A stretch of DNA of 64,000 nucleotides. Origin: Malacoraja senta (lineage: Eukaryota). A program made the position numbers and the translations under genes. The notes under the pieces are model-generated. The model saw nothing but the letters and a program-made list of their open reading frames with translations, was not told the DNA's origin and did no database searches. Every line of letters begins with the position of its first letter. Within the stretch, counting starts at the first letter, position 1. The stretch covers positions 235,414,001 through 235,478,000 of the forward strand of contig CM075977.1 in assembly GCA_038087875.1 (NCBI GenBank), given 5' to 3'. This document shows positions 50,301 to 62,184 of the stretch, in pieces.

Positions 50301-53300
50301 CGTGTCCAAGCCCTTAACAATCATATGTTTCAATGAGATACCCTCTCATCCTTCTAAACTCCAGAGTGTACAAGCCCAGCTGCTCCATTCAAGACACTGG
50401 CTTCACAGATGCTGCTTTAAGAGGACGCACAATTTCTCTGGCTACCCTCGTGCTCCTGATGTACCACTGAAATGCCTTGGGATTATCCTTGATCTTAGAC
50501 AAGGATATCTCTTGGCCTGTTTTTGGAGCCCGATATCTTTGTTTAATTCTCTCCCACTCTATATTCCACAAATGACTCCCTCAATCCTAATTGTCCATGT
50601 CTGCTATATGTCTTTTATTTCCTGGTCAAACCTTTAATACACTCCAAAGGTATATTGGTATCCCCCATCTCTTTCTCCACTACATCGACGATTGCATTGG
50701 GGCTGCAACCGTGCAAAACATGTTGATTTAATTAACTTTACCACTAACTTCCACCCTGCCCTAAAGTTCATTTGGACTATCTCTGACAGCTCTCTCCTCT
50801 TTCTTGATCTCTCTGTCTCCATTATAGGGGACAAACTATTGACTGATGTATATTATAAACTTACAAACCCACTAACTCCCCCCCTGCCTATTGCAAAAAT
50901 GCTAATCTCTACTCTCAATTTCTCCTCTGCCGAAACTGCACCGAAGATGAAGCTTTCCATTCTAGAACATCCGATATGCCCTCTTACTTTAGTAAATGTA
51001 GTCCCCCCCCCCCCCCCGCTGTCAAAGATGGATGCCTCCCCCACCCCTTACACTGCTGTAATGCCTTCCATCCCCGTGCCAAATTAGCTTAATTATCCCT
51101 CAGTAGCATGATCAAACTTCTGCAATGAGATTGGCTCCCTTTTAGTTTAGGTACAACCCTTACTTCTCGTACAGATCCCACCTACCTAGGAAGTGATACA
51201 TATCATCCAAGTACCTGAGGTCTTCCTGTACTAGCTCTTTAGCCACAGGTTCACCTGTCCAATCCTCCCATTTCTACCCCCTCACTTGCATGTGGCACAA
51301 GGAGTAATCCTAAAATTATGACCCCAGAAGTCCTGCTTTTTTAATCTGCCTTTTTCATTAAGATCGTTCTGTTTATGTTGTCAGTGAGAGAATAATGTTT
51401 TGTATACAAATTACCTCATCTTGATAACAGAATCCACCTGTTCTATGTCTTTTGTAACTTCTTGATATTTCGTTTTGAGTAGGAACAATGCAATCTCCGA
51501 TTTACTTTTAACCTAGATCAGGTTGAAATCAAATTGAGAAAATGAAAGAAAAAAACAATTTCTGCACTACCCCAGAGACCATACTATAAAGAATTTCATT
51601 GACATTTCAATTCACCTATCACCACAACAGATCAAAAAGGCATGCGACCTTGCTGGCTCTCCACTCTGCACTACTTGGACAATAAGACTATGTAGGTCAG
51701 GCTGTCGTTCATCAACTACTCATCTGCTCAATCCTAGGTAATTTGATCCTCGACTTCCTCATAATCAGTATGAATTGGCAGTTAACCATCAATGCAGGCA
51801 TACCCCAGGCTGTGTTCTCAGTACCCTGCTCTCACCGTCTTCATGACTAGCCAGACACAGCTCCAATTCCATTCGCCAATTATACCACTGTTATTGGATG
51901 AAGACCGATTGCAATGATTCACTCCAGGAGGGAGATTGCCAGAATAAATATTACTTTCAATGTTAGCAAGACCAAGGAATTGATTGTAGACTATAGGAAG
52001 GCAAAACAGGGATCCATGAACCCATCTTAGATGAAATGGCAGTGAAGAGAGTCAGCAGCTTGAAGCACTATACATATCTCTGAAGATCTGTCATGGGCCT
52101 GGCACATCGATGCAATCACAGAAAAGCTAATTAGTGCCTCAAAGTAGCTAATTAGTGCCTCCTTCATTCCTGGGCATTCTAGTTGCCGAACTAAACCGTG
52201 ATGCAATCAGATAGTATGCTCTCTATTGTACACGGATAGAGAATTCACTGACATACATAATCTCAGTCTTCTAGGAAAGTTCTGAGGAGATTATGTATGT
52301 CAGTGAATACTCTAACAAAACTTCTATCCGTGTACTGTAGAGAGCATACTATCTGATTGCATCACGGCTTAGTTCGGCAACTAGAATGCCCAGAAATGAA
52401 GGAGACTACAGGGAGACTGGACAATGCCCAGTCCATCATGGGTAACAATCTCCCCACTATCAAAGGCATCTATAGGTGATGTGCCTCAAAAAGACAGCCA
52501 ATATAATCAGATCAACACCATCCTGGCCACACTCTCATTTCACTACTACTATCTGGAAAAAAGTACAGGAGCCTTGAAACCATGACCACCAGGTTCATAA
52601 ACAGCTTCTTCCCAGCAACTATCAGGCTCTTGAATACTACATACAACTAACCTCACCAACATTGACCTTCTATGGGCTGTGTCTTTGGTTGCACAGCAAA
52701 CTTCAATTATAGCATTATTATGGTTACCCAGTATTAAGTTTAAATTTGTGTGTTGCAATCATTATATATTTATGTGTGCGTTATTGTGTTTTCGAGCCTG
52801 GTAAGCTTAAGCAAGTAAGAATTTCAGTGTACTATTGCCAGTACATATGGCAATTAAACTCTTGATTCGACACTTAGTCCTTCATTCTGATGTACAAATT
52901 TGAAGAATGAATTCCCTTTTTGTCTCTTTCCCTTCACTGTTAGGTCAGGTAGATTGCATCAATTACAATATATCGTAGATACTATTTAATAACTTTCATT
53001 TAATAACTTTTTTACATGTTCCTTCCAATTATATATTTATTGGAATAGCATTTAAGGTGCTTTTGATTAATTATTGAAGAATGTGCATGAGATCCAAAAT
53101 GGTTCAGGGCAGGGTCAATACTGCAGGAGGGAGGGGAAGATATTTTGTTCCAGCAGAACAGAATCTCCCCTCCATCAAATCCTTTTGTCTTTTGAATCCA
53201 ATCTACCCACAGATTACTTCTATATCACGATTTAAAGGGTATGAATTTACAGACCAGTGCTATTTACTATATCAGAAAACATTCATACTTACTCTCTCAT

Positions 53301-56300
53301 TTGTTCCGCCATCACATTGTGAACTTAACTCCTTGGTGATTATTGATTGCCCCTGATTTTTTTCTGAAAGGCTTCTATGAATATTCCACAGTTTACCTTG
53401 GCCAAAGATACCTATAGAAAAATAAAATATTTTCCAAAATAGTACAATCCAAGTTACAACCTCACCATGCTGTGGACATTGCTCTCCTGTCATGAGGGGG
53501 TATAAAATCTACCTTTCTCCATGTGAATAGGTGGTGCACCATCGGTGGACGATATCTCGTCTGGAAACCATGTTTCAAAAAAATTCATTGCAGCTGGTTT
53601 TGTTTCTTTGGTAGCAATCCAGCGCTTGAATAAGCATTACAGATGGACCTCTTTTGACTTCAATTAGGTCATGCTTATTAAAAATGACTTTTAAATAAAA
53701 AAAGTAAAAACTCCATCCTGAACATCTCTCACCAAAAAGTAAATTTATGCCATCAGTTCATTGCTATTTATAATTTAAACAGTTCCCGTTTGCATAAGAG
53801 TCAAGAAGTAGGAACTGGGTAATTGACAACAACCCCAATAATTACACAAAAAAAAAACTTTTATACAGCAGAATGTGATTAAGGTCTGGAATATAACACC
53901 AAGCATCGGTGGAAGGAGAATCAGTTGTATTGTTCAAAAGGGATTAGATCGAATTTCTGAGAATCTATGGAGAGCGAGGAACCACCTGAATATCGACCTG
54001 AAATGCACCAAATAGCCTAATTCCATGTTATAATCATTGTTCCTTTATGATTTCTTGCACATGGCCAACTTGTTGCAAATATCAATTTAAATAGATTTAG
54101 TTAAAAATCTGTTGAGTCGAGATAAATGCAAAATCTATATAGCCTCACCAACTTAAACATAGTTTTAATATAAGTTGGATTGCCAAATTTCTCTTCAACC
54201 CACCACCATACATGTTTTTGTTGAAACTAAGACAACAATCACCTGACACGAGAATTACTTTGATAGTGATGTACCTTTCAGGACAGTTTGAGATTTCAAG
54301 ACATTCAAGACTGCCATCTCTAAAATGTGGGCAATTCTTATTGCAGTAAGTGAACTAAATCTTAATATTTTTAAGTTCCTGTGTTTCCTGCCACTTCAAG
54401 GAACAATTTCAGTTTATTTGCTACAAAGTTAAATTTTCACCAAACCTCGGTGACAATTATTTAGGATCAATTTGTCTTTGTCTTCGTATTTGTTTTTCTC
54501 TTTTCCCTCTTTCTCTTTTTTCTTCTTTTTTAGGGTCTATTTCTTAACTATTTTTTTTAATTTCTTTCTTATAGGGTCTTTGTTCTTTTTTGTTGTCACG
54601 TTTTTTACACTTTCACTTTTTTCCTTCACTTTCTCCTTTCTCTCAATCTCATCCTTTCCCTTTATTAGTGTAAAAAATGACGGAGTACATTAATTGTAAT
54701 AAGATATACGTGACGAGTACTAATGTAATTGGTTGTAATGTAATGTACTAATAAATAAAACAATTTAAAAACATTTAAAAAATTGTCTTTGCCTTGGAAT
54801 AACATCAACTGATATCTATAAGATTTATTTTAAAATTATTTAATATTCAAGGAGCATTAGCAGATTTAATTTGACATCCAGCCAGACACAAAGATATTAA
54901 GGCCATGACCAAAAAACAAGAGTGACAGATGAGTGGTGAGTGATGGGTGTGTTTAAATATTAACTTTCAGAGAGAGCTAAGAGCCTAGGTAGAAAAAGAT
55001 AGTCACGGGTAAAGTCCCAGAGGATTGGAACGTAGCCAATGTTGTTCCTTTGTTTAAGAAGGGAAGTAGAGAGAATCTTGGGAATTATAGGCCAGTGAGC
55101 CTCATATCAGTGTCAGGGAAGCTATTTGGAGAGGATTATTCGGATAGGAGTTATTCCCATTTGGAAGAGAATATGTTAATTAAGGACAGTCAGTATGGTT
55201 TTGTACGTGGCAGGTAGTGACTTACTAACAATCAAGTTTATTGAGGAGGTGACAAAGTTGATCAATGAGGTGGATGTTGTCTACATGGAGGCCAAAATAT
55301 GCCAAGTCAGAGAAAGGACAAAATTAAAGTTCTCACCGTTACAAATTCCCATCGACTATTGAAGTCAAGATTTTAGGAAATAAAATAGACCATTGCTTGC
55401 CCACTGTAACTTTTTCTGTTACTCAGAAGTATGGGTGGGGAATGCAAGTAATGGAGCGAATTATTGAACATTAAGTGAAAATCAAAAAATATTGCTGATG
55501 CCGGTAAACTAAACTAAAAACAGAAACTGCTACAAAATCCCAGGTCAGGCAGCACCTGCAAAACCCCTCATCAGAACATGAAACTTTTTTACTTCCCACG
55601 GATGATCTATTGAGCGTTTTCTGTGTTTTTAGATTCCCAGTGCCTACATTGTCACTTACTTGTTGAATTCACTCGCCACCTCTCTTTCAGGAATGTCTAA
55701 CCTGAATAAGTTATTTTCTGCTTTTCAGTGGGATTTCCCTACATCTCTCTTGCCTTGCAGTGAAGGGTTTTAAAACTCAAATGTCAGCTCTGTTTCATTT
55801 CCCACAGATGCAGCCAGATCTGTTGGGTATTTCCAGCAATTTCTGTTTTTAATTGAGCATTTATTTTTTAATTTTTTTTTTAAATTATTTATTTCGAACA
55901 GAATAAAAGAATAAAAAGCAAGTGTGAAACAGCATACAAAAAAAAGAAGAAAAAAAATATATTTATAAAGTGTCATAAACAATATTTATAAATAAATGAA
56001 ATCATATGTGTCCGAAAAGGAGCAGGAAGAAGCCAAAGCTTATTAATTCCCACCCCTAATTCAACTGCTTATACAAATTTAGCAGCTATAAACACCTATT
56101 TCCATAAGTACACCAACTTATTTACATTTATACACTAATCAAATATTTACAAAGCCATACAAAAAAAGAGAGAAAAAAATAAAAAATAAAAAACCCTCAT
56201 ATACTATACAGTATCTCTTAGTCATATATACAACCCATCACCCTATAATCACCTTTCCCAATACAATCAGTATAACAAATATCCCACTCAAAATCACCTA

Positions 56301-59194
56301 TCCTCATCCCAATATCCTTTAAAAAATTTGTTTTTGTACATCTTTTTTAACTGAATTATGTTTGTGCTAAGTTTTATCTCCTGTTCCAAACCATTCCACA
56401 AATTCACCCCACAGATTGCTATGTATTGAATTTGATAAATGTAAACTGCTGGCTCTCTACTCTCATTTCAATATGGAACAAGGTGTACAACATCTGTACG
56501 CAAAGATAACCAAAACGTAATGTTCAGAGCAAGACAGGCTTAGTTCTTCTGATGCGTACCTACAAACTCTCCTTTAACATTCCAGAGCTTCACAGTACAA
56601 TCCACAGAAGATGTAAACAGTAACTGATCTTCTTCCACCAGCCCAATACTGTTATCAAAATGAGAAGGGAAAGTTGAAAGTGACAATTTAAAATATACCT
56701 TCACATGATTGTTGAATAGATTATGCAAAGAGTTATATGACCATAGATAGACACAAAAAGCTGCAGTAACTCAGCGGAACAGGCAGCATCTCTGGAGAGA
56801 AGGAATGGCTGACGTTTCATGTTGAGACCCATTCCAAACCAGTATCTTCAGTTCCTTCCTACACAAGTATATGACCGTCATTTTCTGGTGCAATTGCAGG
56901 ATAACTTTCCTACGTGACTGGTCCACATTGATAGAATGTTTATTAAGAGCCTGCAATCGAATAAAATCCATAAAAAGCTATAAACAATTGCATATTGGTC
57001 AAGGTTCCTGAACCAAGTCAAAGTATATTTACAAAAATAACCCCAGGAATGATTGGGTTAACATATGATGAGCATTTGACAGCACTGGGCCTGCACTCGC
57101 TGGAGTTTAGGAGGATGAGGGGGGACCTCAGTGAAACTTACCGAAGTGAATGGCAGGGATAGAGTGGACATGGAGAGGATGTTTCCACTCATGGGAGAGT
57201 CTAGGACCAGATGCCATAGCCTCAGAATAAAAGGACGTACCTTTAGAAAGGAGATGAGGAGGAATTTCTTTAGTCAGAGGCTGGTGAATCTGTGGAATTC
57301 TTTGCCACAGATGCCTGTGGAGGTCGTCAATGGATATTTTTAAGATTGTCAGATTTTTGAATAGTAAGGGTGTCAGGGGTTATGGGGAGAAGGTAGGAGA
57401 ATGCGGTTGAGAGGGAAAGATAGATCAACCATGATTGAATGGTGGAGTAGACGATGAGCCGAATGGCCTAATTCTGCTCCTTTAACTTACAAATTTATAT
57501 TAGGATTTTAAACTAAAAGCAAATCTTGCAAATATGGGAAATCTAAAATAACAGAAAATGCTAGTAATACTCAACAGAACCGACAGCAAATGTGGGCTGA
57601 GAAATATAATAATAGTTTCATGTTGAAAAACTTTATCAGTTAACCTGAAATATTAATTCAGTTTCTCTCTCCATAGATATTGCCTGATCTGTTGAGCATT
57701 TCAAGCATTTTCAGTTTATTATTTCTTGCATTTTTAATGTTCAATGTTTCAGTACATCTTTTTGAGTCATAAAACTTTAATATTGTTAATCTAGAACAGG
57801 AGGAGTCACTGAAGGTGTACATAAAGTGTAAAGGACATGTAATACAGAGCAACTTCTCTCAGCTTCTATACTTTTGCAAAATCTTCTTTGCATCTTCATG
57901 GAAATAAATGGTAGACTTTGATGGTTTCAGAAAACACTACCACAAAATGATAAATATATAGTCATGAACGTTCATATTATGATTTTGGTGCTATATTCAG
58001 ATAATTGGAAAAACTGAGGTGAGCATATTTATATTTTGAGATTGTGTACTTTTCGGAACATTCATTATCACATTTATTTCTGGAACATCCAGCTTACCTT
58101 GTGACACTGCATTCGTGTGCTTTCCAACGCGCCGATGCTTTACAAGAAAATTAATTTAACCAAAAGATTAGTTACTGCACGTTCAGTTTCAGTACTTTTG
58201 TTGAATATGGATTTAGTACAGTATTTAATTAAACTCCATTCTTACTTTCTGGAGGATGTGTTTCTGGTCCACGAAGTGCAAAATGAAGAACATGAAAGAT
58301 GTAGATATATCCACTGTGATCAGCAACACAAAGCAGCGAGCTGTCCTCACTAATTGTCATGCTAGTTACTGTAGTTCTATATGCGGACTGATAGGAATAT
58401 ACAATGTTAAAATATTTCTTAACAAACCACATTTGAATTTTTTGTTACCCTAAAGTTCGCTTTTTCTGAATCGCATTGATGTGATTCCATTGGATATTAA
58501 GAAACATTTCATCCCAAGTATAAAGAGAAAGTGAAGGAAGCACTCAGCAGGACAAGTGGCATTTATGGTAAATAAAACAGAGTTAATGTCTCAGGAATTA
58601 CCCTAAATTCTTAGGCATTTTTTCTAGTTATCTCAAATACATTGGCTGAAGAGTTCCTGGCTCTTGTACTCCCTACATTATCAAAGCAAACTAAGGACAT
58701 TTAGAGCACCTTTATCACTAACTGACTGTGCTTGACAAAAAATTCATAGGGCATTTCAATTTGTACAGCTTGTCGAACAAATTCATGCAAATTACCCAAT
58801 GATCATCTAACAATATCAAAAAGTGTAAGATTTGCTGCAAGTGTTGTTAAAGATGCACTCATATATTAGTCAGTGATGTCCACTTCCTAGCACATTTCCC
58901 TGCTTTAACTAGAATACAGAAAGTTTAAATATCCATCTGTATCATATCTTCCGTTTCCACAGATCTTTTTCTGATGTTAATACAGTACATTTGGTGAATC
59001 ATTGTAGTGGCTCTCCCTGTGTAGCAGACCTCTACACAAGTCTGCATGACCCATCTCCAAAGACCACCTCCCCAAATGGAAAATCAGGACAGAAGGCAGC
59101 AACATAATTAGATAAAATAAATACTTAAAACTTACACACGGGAAGTAAGCCAACAGCTTTCCACCATGGAATATATTCCAAAAATGAATGCAAC
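47192..59194 (-). CDS. WD40-repeat protein, WDR95-like (WDR49/WDR64/WDR95 group), 5'-partial: 7 exons, 716 nt of CDS in window
   Basis: Seven phase-compatible GT-AG exons give [118 protein letters not shown]...[24 protein letters not shown]...EP*. It has a WD-like signature (AH...[11 protein letters not shown]). The family call is from recalled similarity to mammalian WDR95. Confidence 0.8.
48028..49525 (+). mobile_element. Tc1/mariner transposon with both TIRs, internally deleted
   Basis: TA|CAGTGCATTTAGAAAGTATTCAGAC ... GTCTGAATACTTTCTGAATGCACTG|TA. Motifs [19 protein letters not shown] and [11 protein letters not shown]. Same family as the 29102 copy. Confidence 0.95.
49643..49848. mobile_element. 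palindromic Penelope-terminal-repeat-derived element
   Basis: Inverted arms; minus strand carries CTGAAGAAGGGTCTCGACCCGAAAC. Confidence 0.7.
49965..50620 (-). mobile_element. CR1 fragments (3' end joined to an upstream ORF2 piece)
   Basis: [24 protein letters not shown] and [15 protein letters not shown]. Confidence 0.8.
50630..51000 (+). mobile_element. Penelope-like element (PLE) reverse transcriptase fragment
   Basis: YIDDCIG (frameshifted), then [43 protein letters not shown]: a PLE-type RT C-terminus. Confidence 0.8.
51415..51512 (-). CDS. WDR95-like exon, 98 nt
   Basis: minus strand tctag|GTTAAA...GATGAG|gtaatt; [32 protein letters not shown](R). Its phases bridge the flanking exons exactly. 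Confidence 0.7.
51590..52870 (+). mobile_element. decayed Rex1/L2-like LINE RT-3' fragment with an internal inverted duplication
   Basis: [30 protein letters not shown] and [17 protein letters not shown] remnants. Confidence 0.75.
53293..53411 (-). CDS. WDR95-like exon, 119 nt
   Basis: minus strand tatag|GTATCT...GAGAGA|gtaagt; (G)[39 protein letters not shown]. Confidence 0.82.
55860..56430 (-). mobile_element. L2/Crack-like LINE 3' end
   Basis: Minus strand [28 protein letters not shown], followed by a T-rich 3' UTR ending GTTCGAAATAAATAA. Confidence 0.65.
56560..56648 (-). CDS. WDR95-like exon, 89 nt
   Basis: minus strand aacag|TATTGG...TTGTAG|gtacgc; [29 protein letters not shown](G). 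Confidence 0.88.
57040..57492 (+). mobile_element. CR1 3' end
   Basis: [47 protein letters not shown]. Confidence 0.88.
58098..58137 (-). CDS. WDR95-like micro-exon, 40 nt
   Basis: minus strand taaag|CATCGG...CACAAG|gtaagc; (T)[12 protein letters not shown](S). Confidence 0.85.
58246..58387 (-). CDS. WDR95-like exon, 142 nt
   Basis: minus strand atcag|TCCGCA...CAGAAA|gtaaga; [47 protein letters not shown]. Confidence 0.88.
59136..59194 (-). CDS. WDR95-like exon, 59 nt
   Basis: minus strand tctag|GTTGC...CCGTGT|gtaagt; (G)[19 protein letters not shown]. Confidence 0.85.
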
Positions 59195-59559
59195 CTAGAA
59201 TACAAATAAATCATCATGATCCGAAATGGCTACATTGGCCAATGATCAAACTATGTTAAATTAAAGTTTCTAAAAAATATAAAAACACAATTTGCACCAA
59301 AGCACTATGTTGCAGGTCATATTTAGCAACACATGCTTGTATGTTGTATTATGTTAAAGCTATTAAACCTATGCCCTCTACTCCTTGATCCCCCTTAACT
59401 GGGAAAAGGAATCTGTGCATTCATCCTATCTATCCCCCTCATCTATGAGATTACTGCTCAGTCTCCTGCGCTCCGAAGAATAAACCTTTAGTCTGCTCAA
59501 CCTTACCGTATAGCTCAGGAACTTAAGTCCTGGCAATACCCTCAATCATTGCTCATTTG

Positions 59560-60695
59560 TTTCTCGTTGAACGTAGCATCACAAGTACATGCTGTACAAG
59601 TAGAGAGATTGGTAAAGAAGGTGTATGGTATGTTTGACTTCATCAAGTGGGGCATTTTGAATCACAATCAGGAAGTTGTGTTACAGCTTTTTAAAACTTT
59701 GGTTAGGCCGCATTGGTGTATTGAGTATAGTTCTGGTTGCTCCATTACAGGAAGGATGTGGAGGCTTTGGAGAGGGTGCAGAAGATTAATGCTTTCTGGA
59801 TTAAAGGCTATTAGCCATAAGGAGAGTGTATAGGAAGGAACTGCAGATGATGGTTTAAACCAAAGATAGACACAAAATGTAAGTAAGTAAGTAAGTTTAT
59901 TGGCCAAGTATTCACATACAAGGAATTTGCCTTGGTGCTCCGCCCACAAGTAACAACATGACATACAGTGACAGTTACGAATGACTCAGGAAACACTAAA
60001 CATTAATAATAATAAGACATTAATGATAAAACACCATTGATCAAGCATGTGAACCAACAAAATACCAGATCAAAGTGAGGCTACATATTTTTGGCTGTTG
60101 AGTAGAGCAACTACTCGTGGATAAAAACTGTTTTTATGTCTGGCTGTGGCAGCTTTGACAATCCGGAGTCGCCTTCCAGAGGGAATGCTGGAGTAACTCA
60201 GCGGGACAAGCAGCATCTCTGGAGAGAAGGAATGGGTGATGTTTCCAGTCTGAAGGGTCTCGACATAAACATCACCCATTCCTTCTCTCCAGAGATGCTG
60301 CTTGTCCCGCTGAGTTACTCCAGCCTTTTATGTCTTCGGACAAACTTGGATTGTCTTGTCTGGAGGCTGATGGGAGACCTATTAGTTTATAAATTTCTGA
60401 GGCAAAGATAGAGTAGACAGTCAGAATCTTTTATCTAGGATGGAAATGTCAAATACTTGAGGACATGGCTTTATGGTGAGAATGGGTCATTTAAAGGAGA
60501 TGTGCAGGCCAAGTTTTTATGCAGAGAGTGGAAAGTGCCTGGAACGCACTGCCAGGGGTGGTGATGGAAGCAGAAACGATAGTGACATTTAAGAGGCTTT
60601 TTTGAAACATGAATATGCAGGGAGTGAAGGTATATGGGTCATGTGCAGGAAGAAGGGATCAGTTTATTCTGGCATCATGTTCAGCACAGACATCG
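59560..60695 (+). mobile_element. CR1 3' part containing a palindromic element (59828-60335) that itself contains a minus-strand Rex1-like 3' end (59878-60185)
   Basis: VVLQLFKTLVRPH segment; the palindrome arm GACACAAAATG is split from CTGGAGTAACTCAG by an (ACTT)n-tailed insert. Confidence 0.8.
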
Positions 60696-61194
60696 GGGGA
60701 GATAGTAATATTAGGATTTAGATATATAGTTCTTTAAAAGTAGTTTCTTAATAATGCCTCAAAAAGTGTTACTAGATTTTATAAATATGAACATATTCAA
60801 ACAGAAGCAGAGGCAGTATTACATTTAAACGAGTCAGCTATTTTATTGTTACAAGAATATGATCCCTTGGTTACAACAGGAAACAAGAAACCAAAAGCCC
60901 TTTCATTAGAATAGATCGAGAGGTGTAAATAAAAGTATTGCAGTCAAAGGTTTTGAGAAGAAAAATATTTCAAAGAATACAAAGTGTCTAGGAATATTTT
61001 TAAAGCAGATAGTTGATCAAACACCAAGGTAAAATAGAATGCAAAATAACTCTTGAAGGAACATTTTAATATTTATTTTTAATAATATTTTTAAAGATGA
61101 TAAGAATGCGACTAGGCCATACCTCGCTAAAGAGGTGTTTGCCCATTCATCCACTCTCCATGTTATGATGATAAAGTTTACTCATTTAAAAAAT

Positions 61195-62165
61195 TCATAA
61201 GTTTATGTCACAGGAGCAGAATTAGGCCATTTGGCCCAGTGAGTACTCTGCCATTCAATCATGGCTGATCTATCTTTCCCTCTCAAACCCATTCCCCTTC
61301 TCCCCATAACCCTTCACATCCTTACTAATCACAAATCTGTCAATTTCTGCCTGAAAAACTACCCAATGACTTGACCACCGCCATCTGTTGCAATGAATTC
61401 CACAGATCCATTGATAAAAATGTAAAATTGTGCAAGTTGGTGATATGCAGAGTTCTGCCCTGCCGACTACAAAATTCTGAAGGTTCAGAAGATCCACCAT
61501 GCTCTGACTAAAGAAATTTCTCCTTAGCTTCTTTCTAAAGGCGTCCTTTTATTCTGAGGCTGTGGCCTCTGGTCGTATACACTCACACTCGTGGAAACAT
61601 CCTCTCCAGGCCTTTCACTATTCTGTAAGTTTCAATGGGGTCCCTCCTCTTTCCCCTAAACTCCAGTGAGTACAGGCTCAGTGCCGTCAAACGCTCATCA
61701 TATGTTAACGCAATGATTCCTGGGATAATTCTCGTAAACCTCCTCTGGACCCTCACTAACGCCAGCATATCCTTCCTCACATATAGGGTCTAAAACTACT
61801 CACAATACTCCAAATGCACTCTGACCAGTGCCTTATAAAGCCTCAGTATTACATTCCTGTATTTGTATTCTAGTCTGGAAATAAATGCTAGCATTATATT
61901 AGCCTTCCTTGCTACTGATTCAATTTGCAAATTAACCTTTTTGGAATCCTGTACCAGCACTCCCAAGTCCCTTTGTAGCTCCAATTTCTGAATCCTGTCC
62001 TCATTTAGAAAATAGTCTATGCCTTTATCCCTACTATATAAATGCATGACTGCACAATTTGTTTACCGTATTTCATCTGCCACTTCTTTGCCCACCCTCC
62101 TCATCTGCCATTTCTTTGCTCACTCTCCCAACCTGTCCATCTGCAGAGTCCATGCTTTCTCTATA
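61195..62165 (-). mobile_element. CR1 3' part
   Basis: ELQRDLGVLVQDS, LYKALVRVHLEYC, VQRRFTRIIPG. Confidence 0.88.
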
Positions 62166-62184
62166 TTACCTGCCCCTCCATCCA

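Noticed and set aside
53510-53640. Possible extra minus-strand exon (AAG|gtagat donor-like site)
   Set aside because: The flanking exons already join to give GEFVG-IFGQ, and I found no convincing acceptor or similarity.
61118-61190. Possible upstream WDR95-like exon (GAG|gtatgg on minus)
   Set aside because: The phase needed to join the 59194 exon puts a TAG stop in frame, and there is no clear acceptor. The true upstream exon was not found and probably lies beyond the window.
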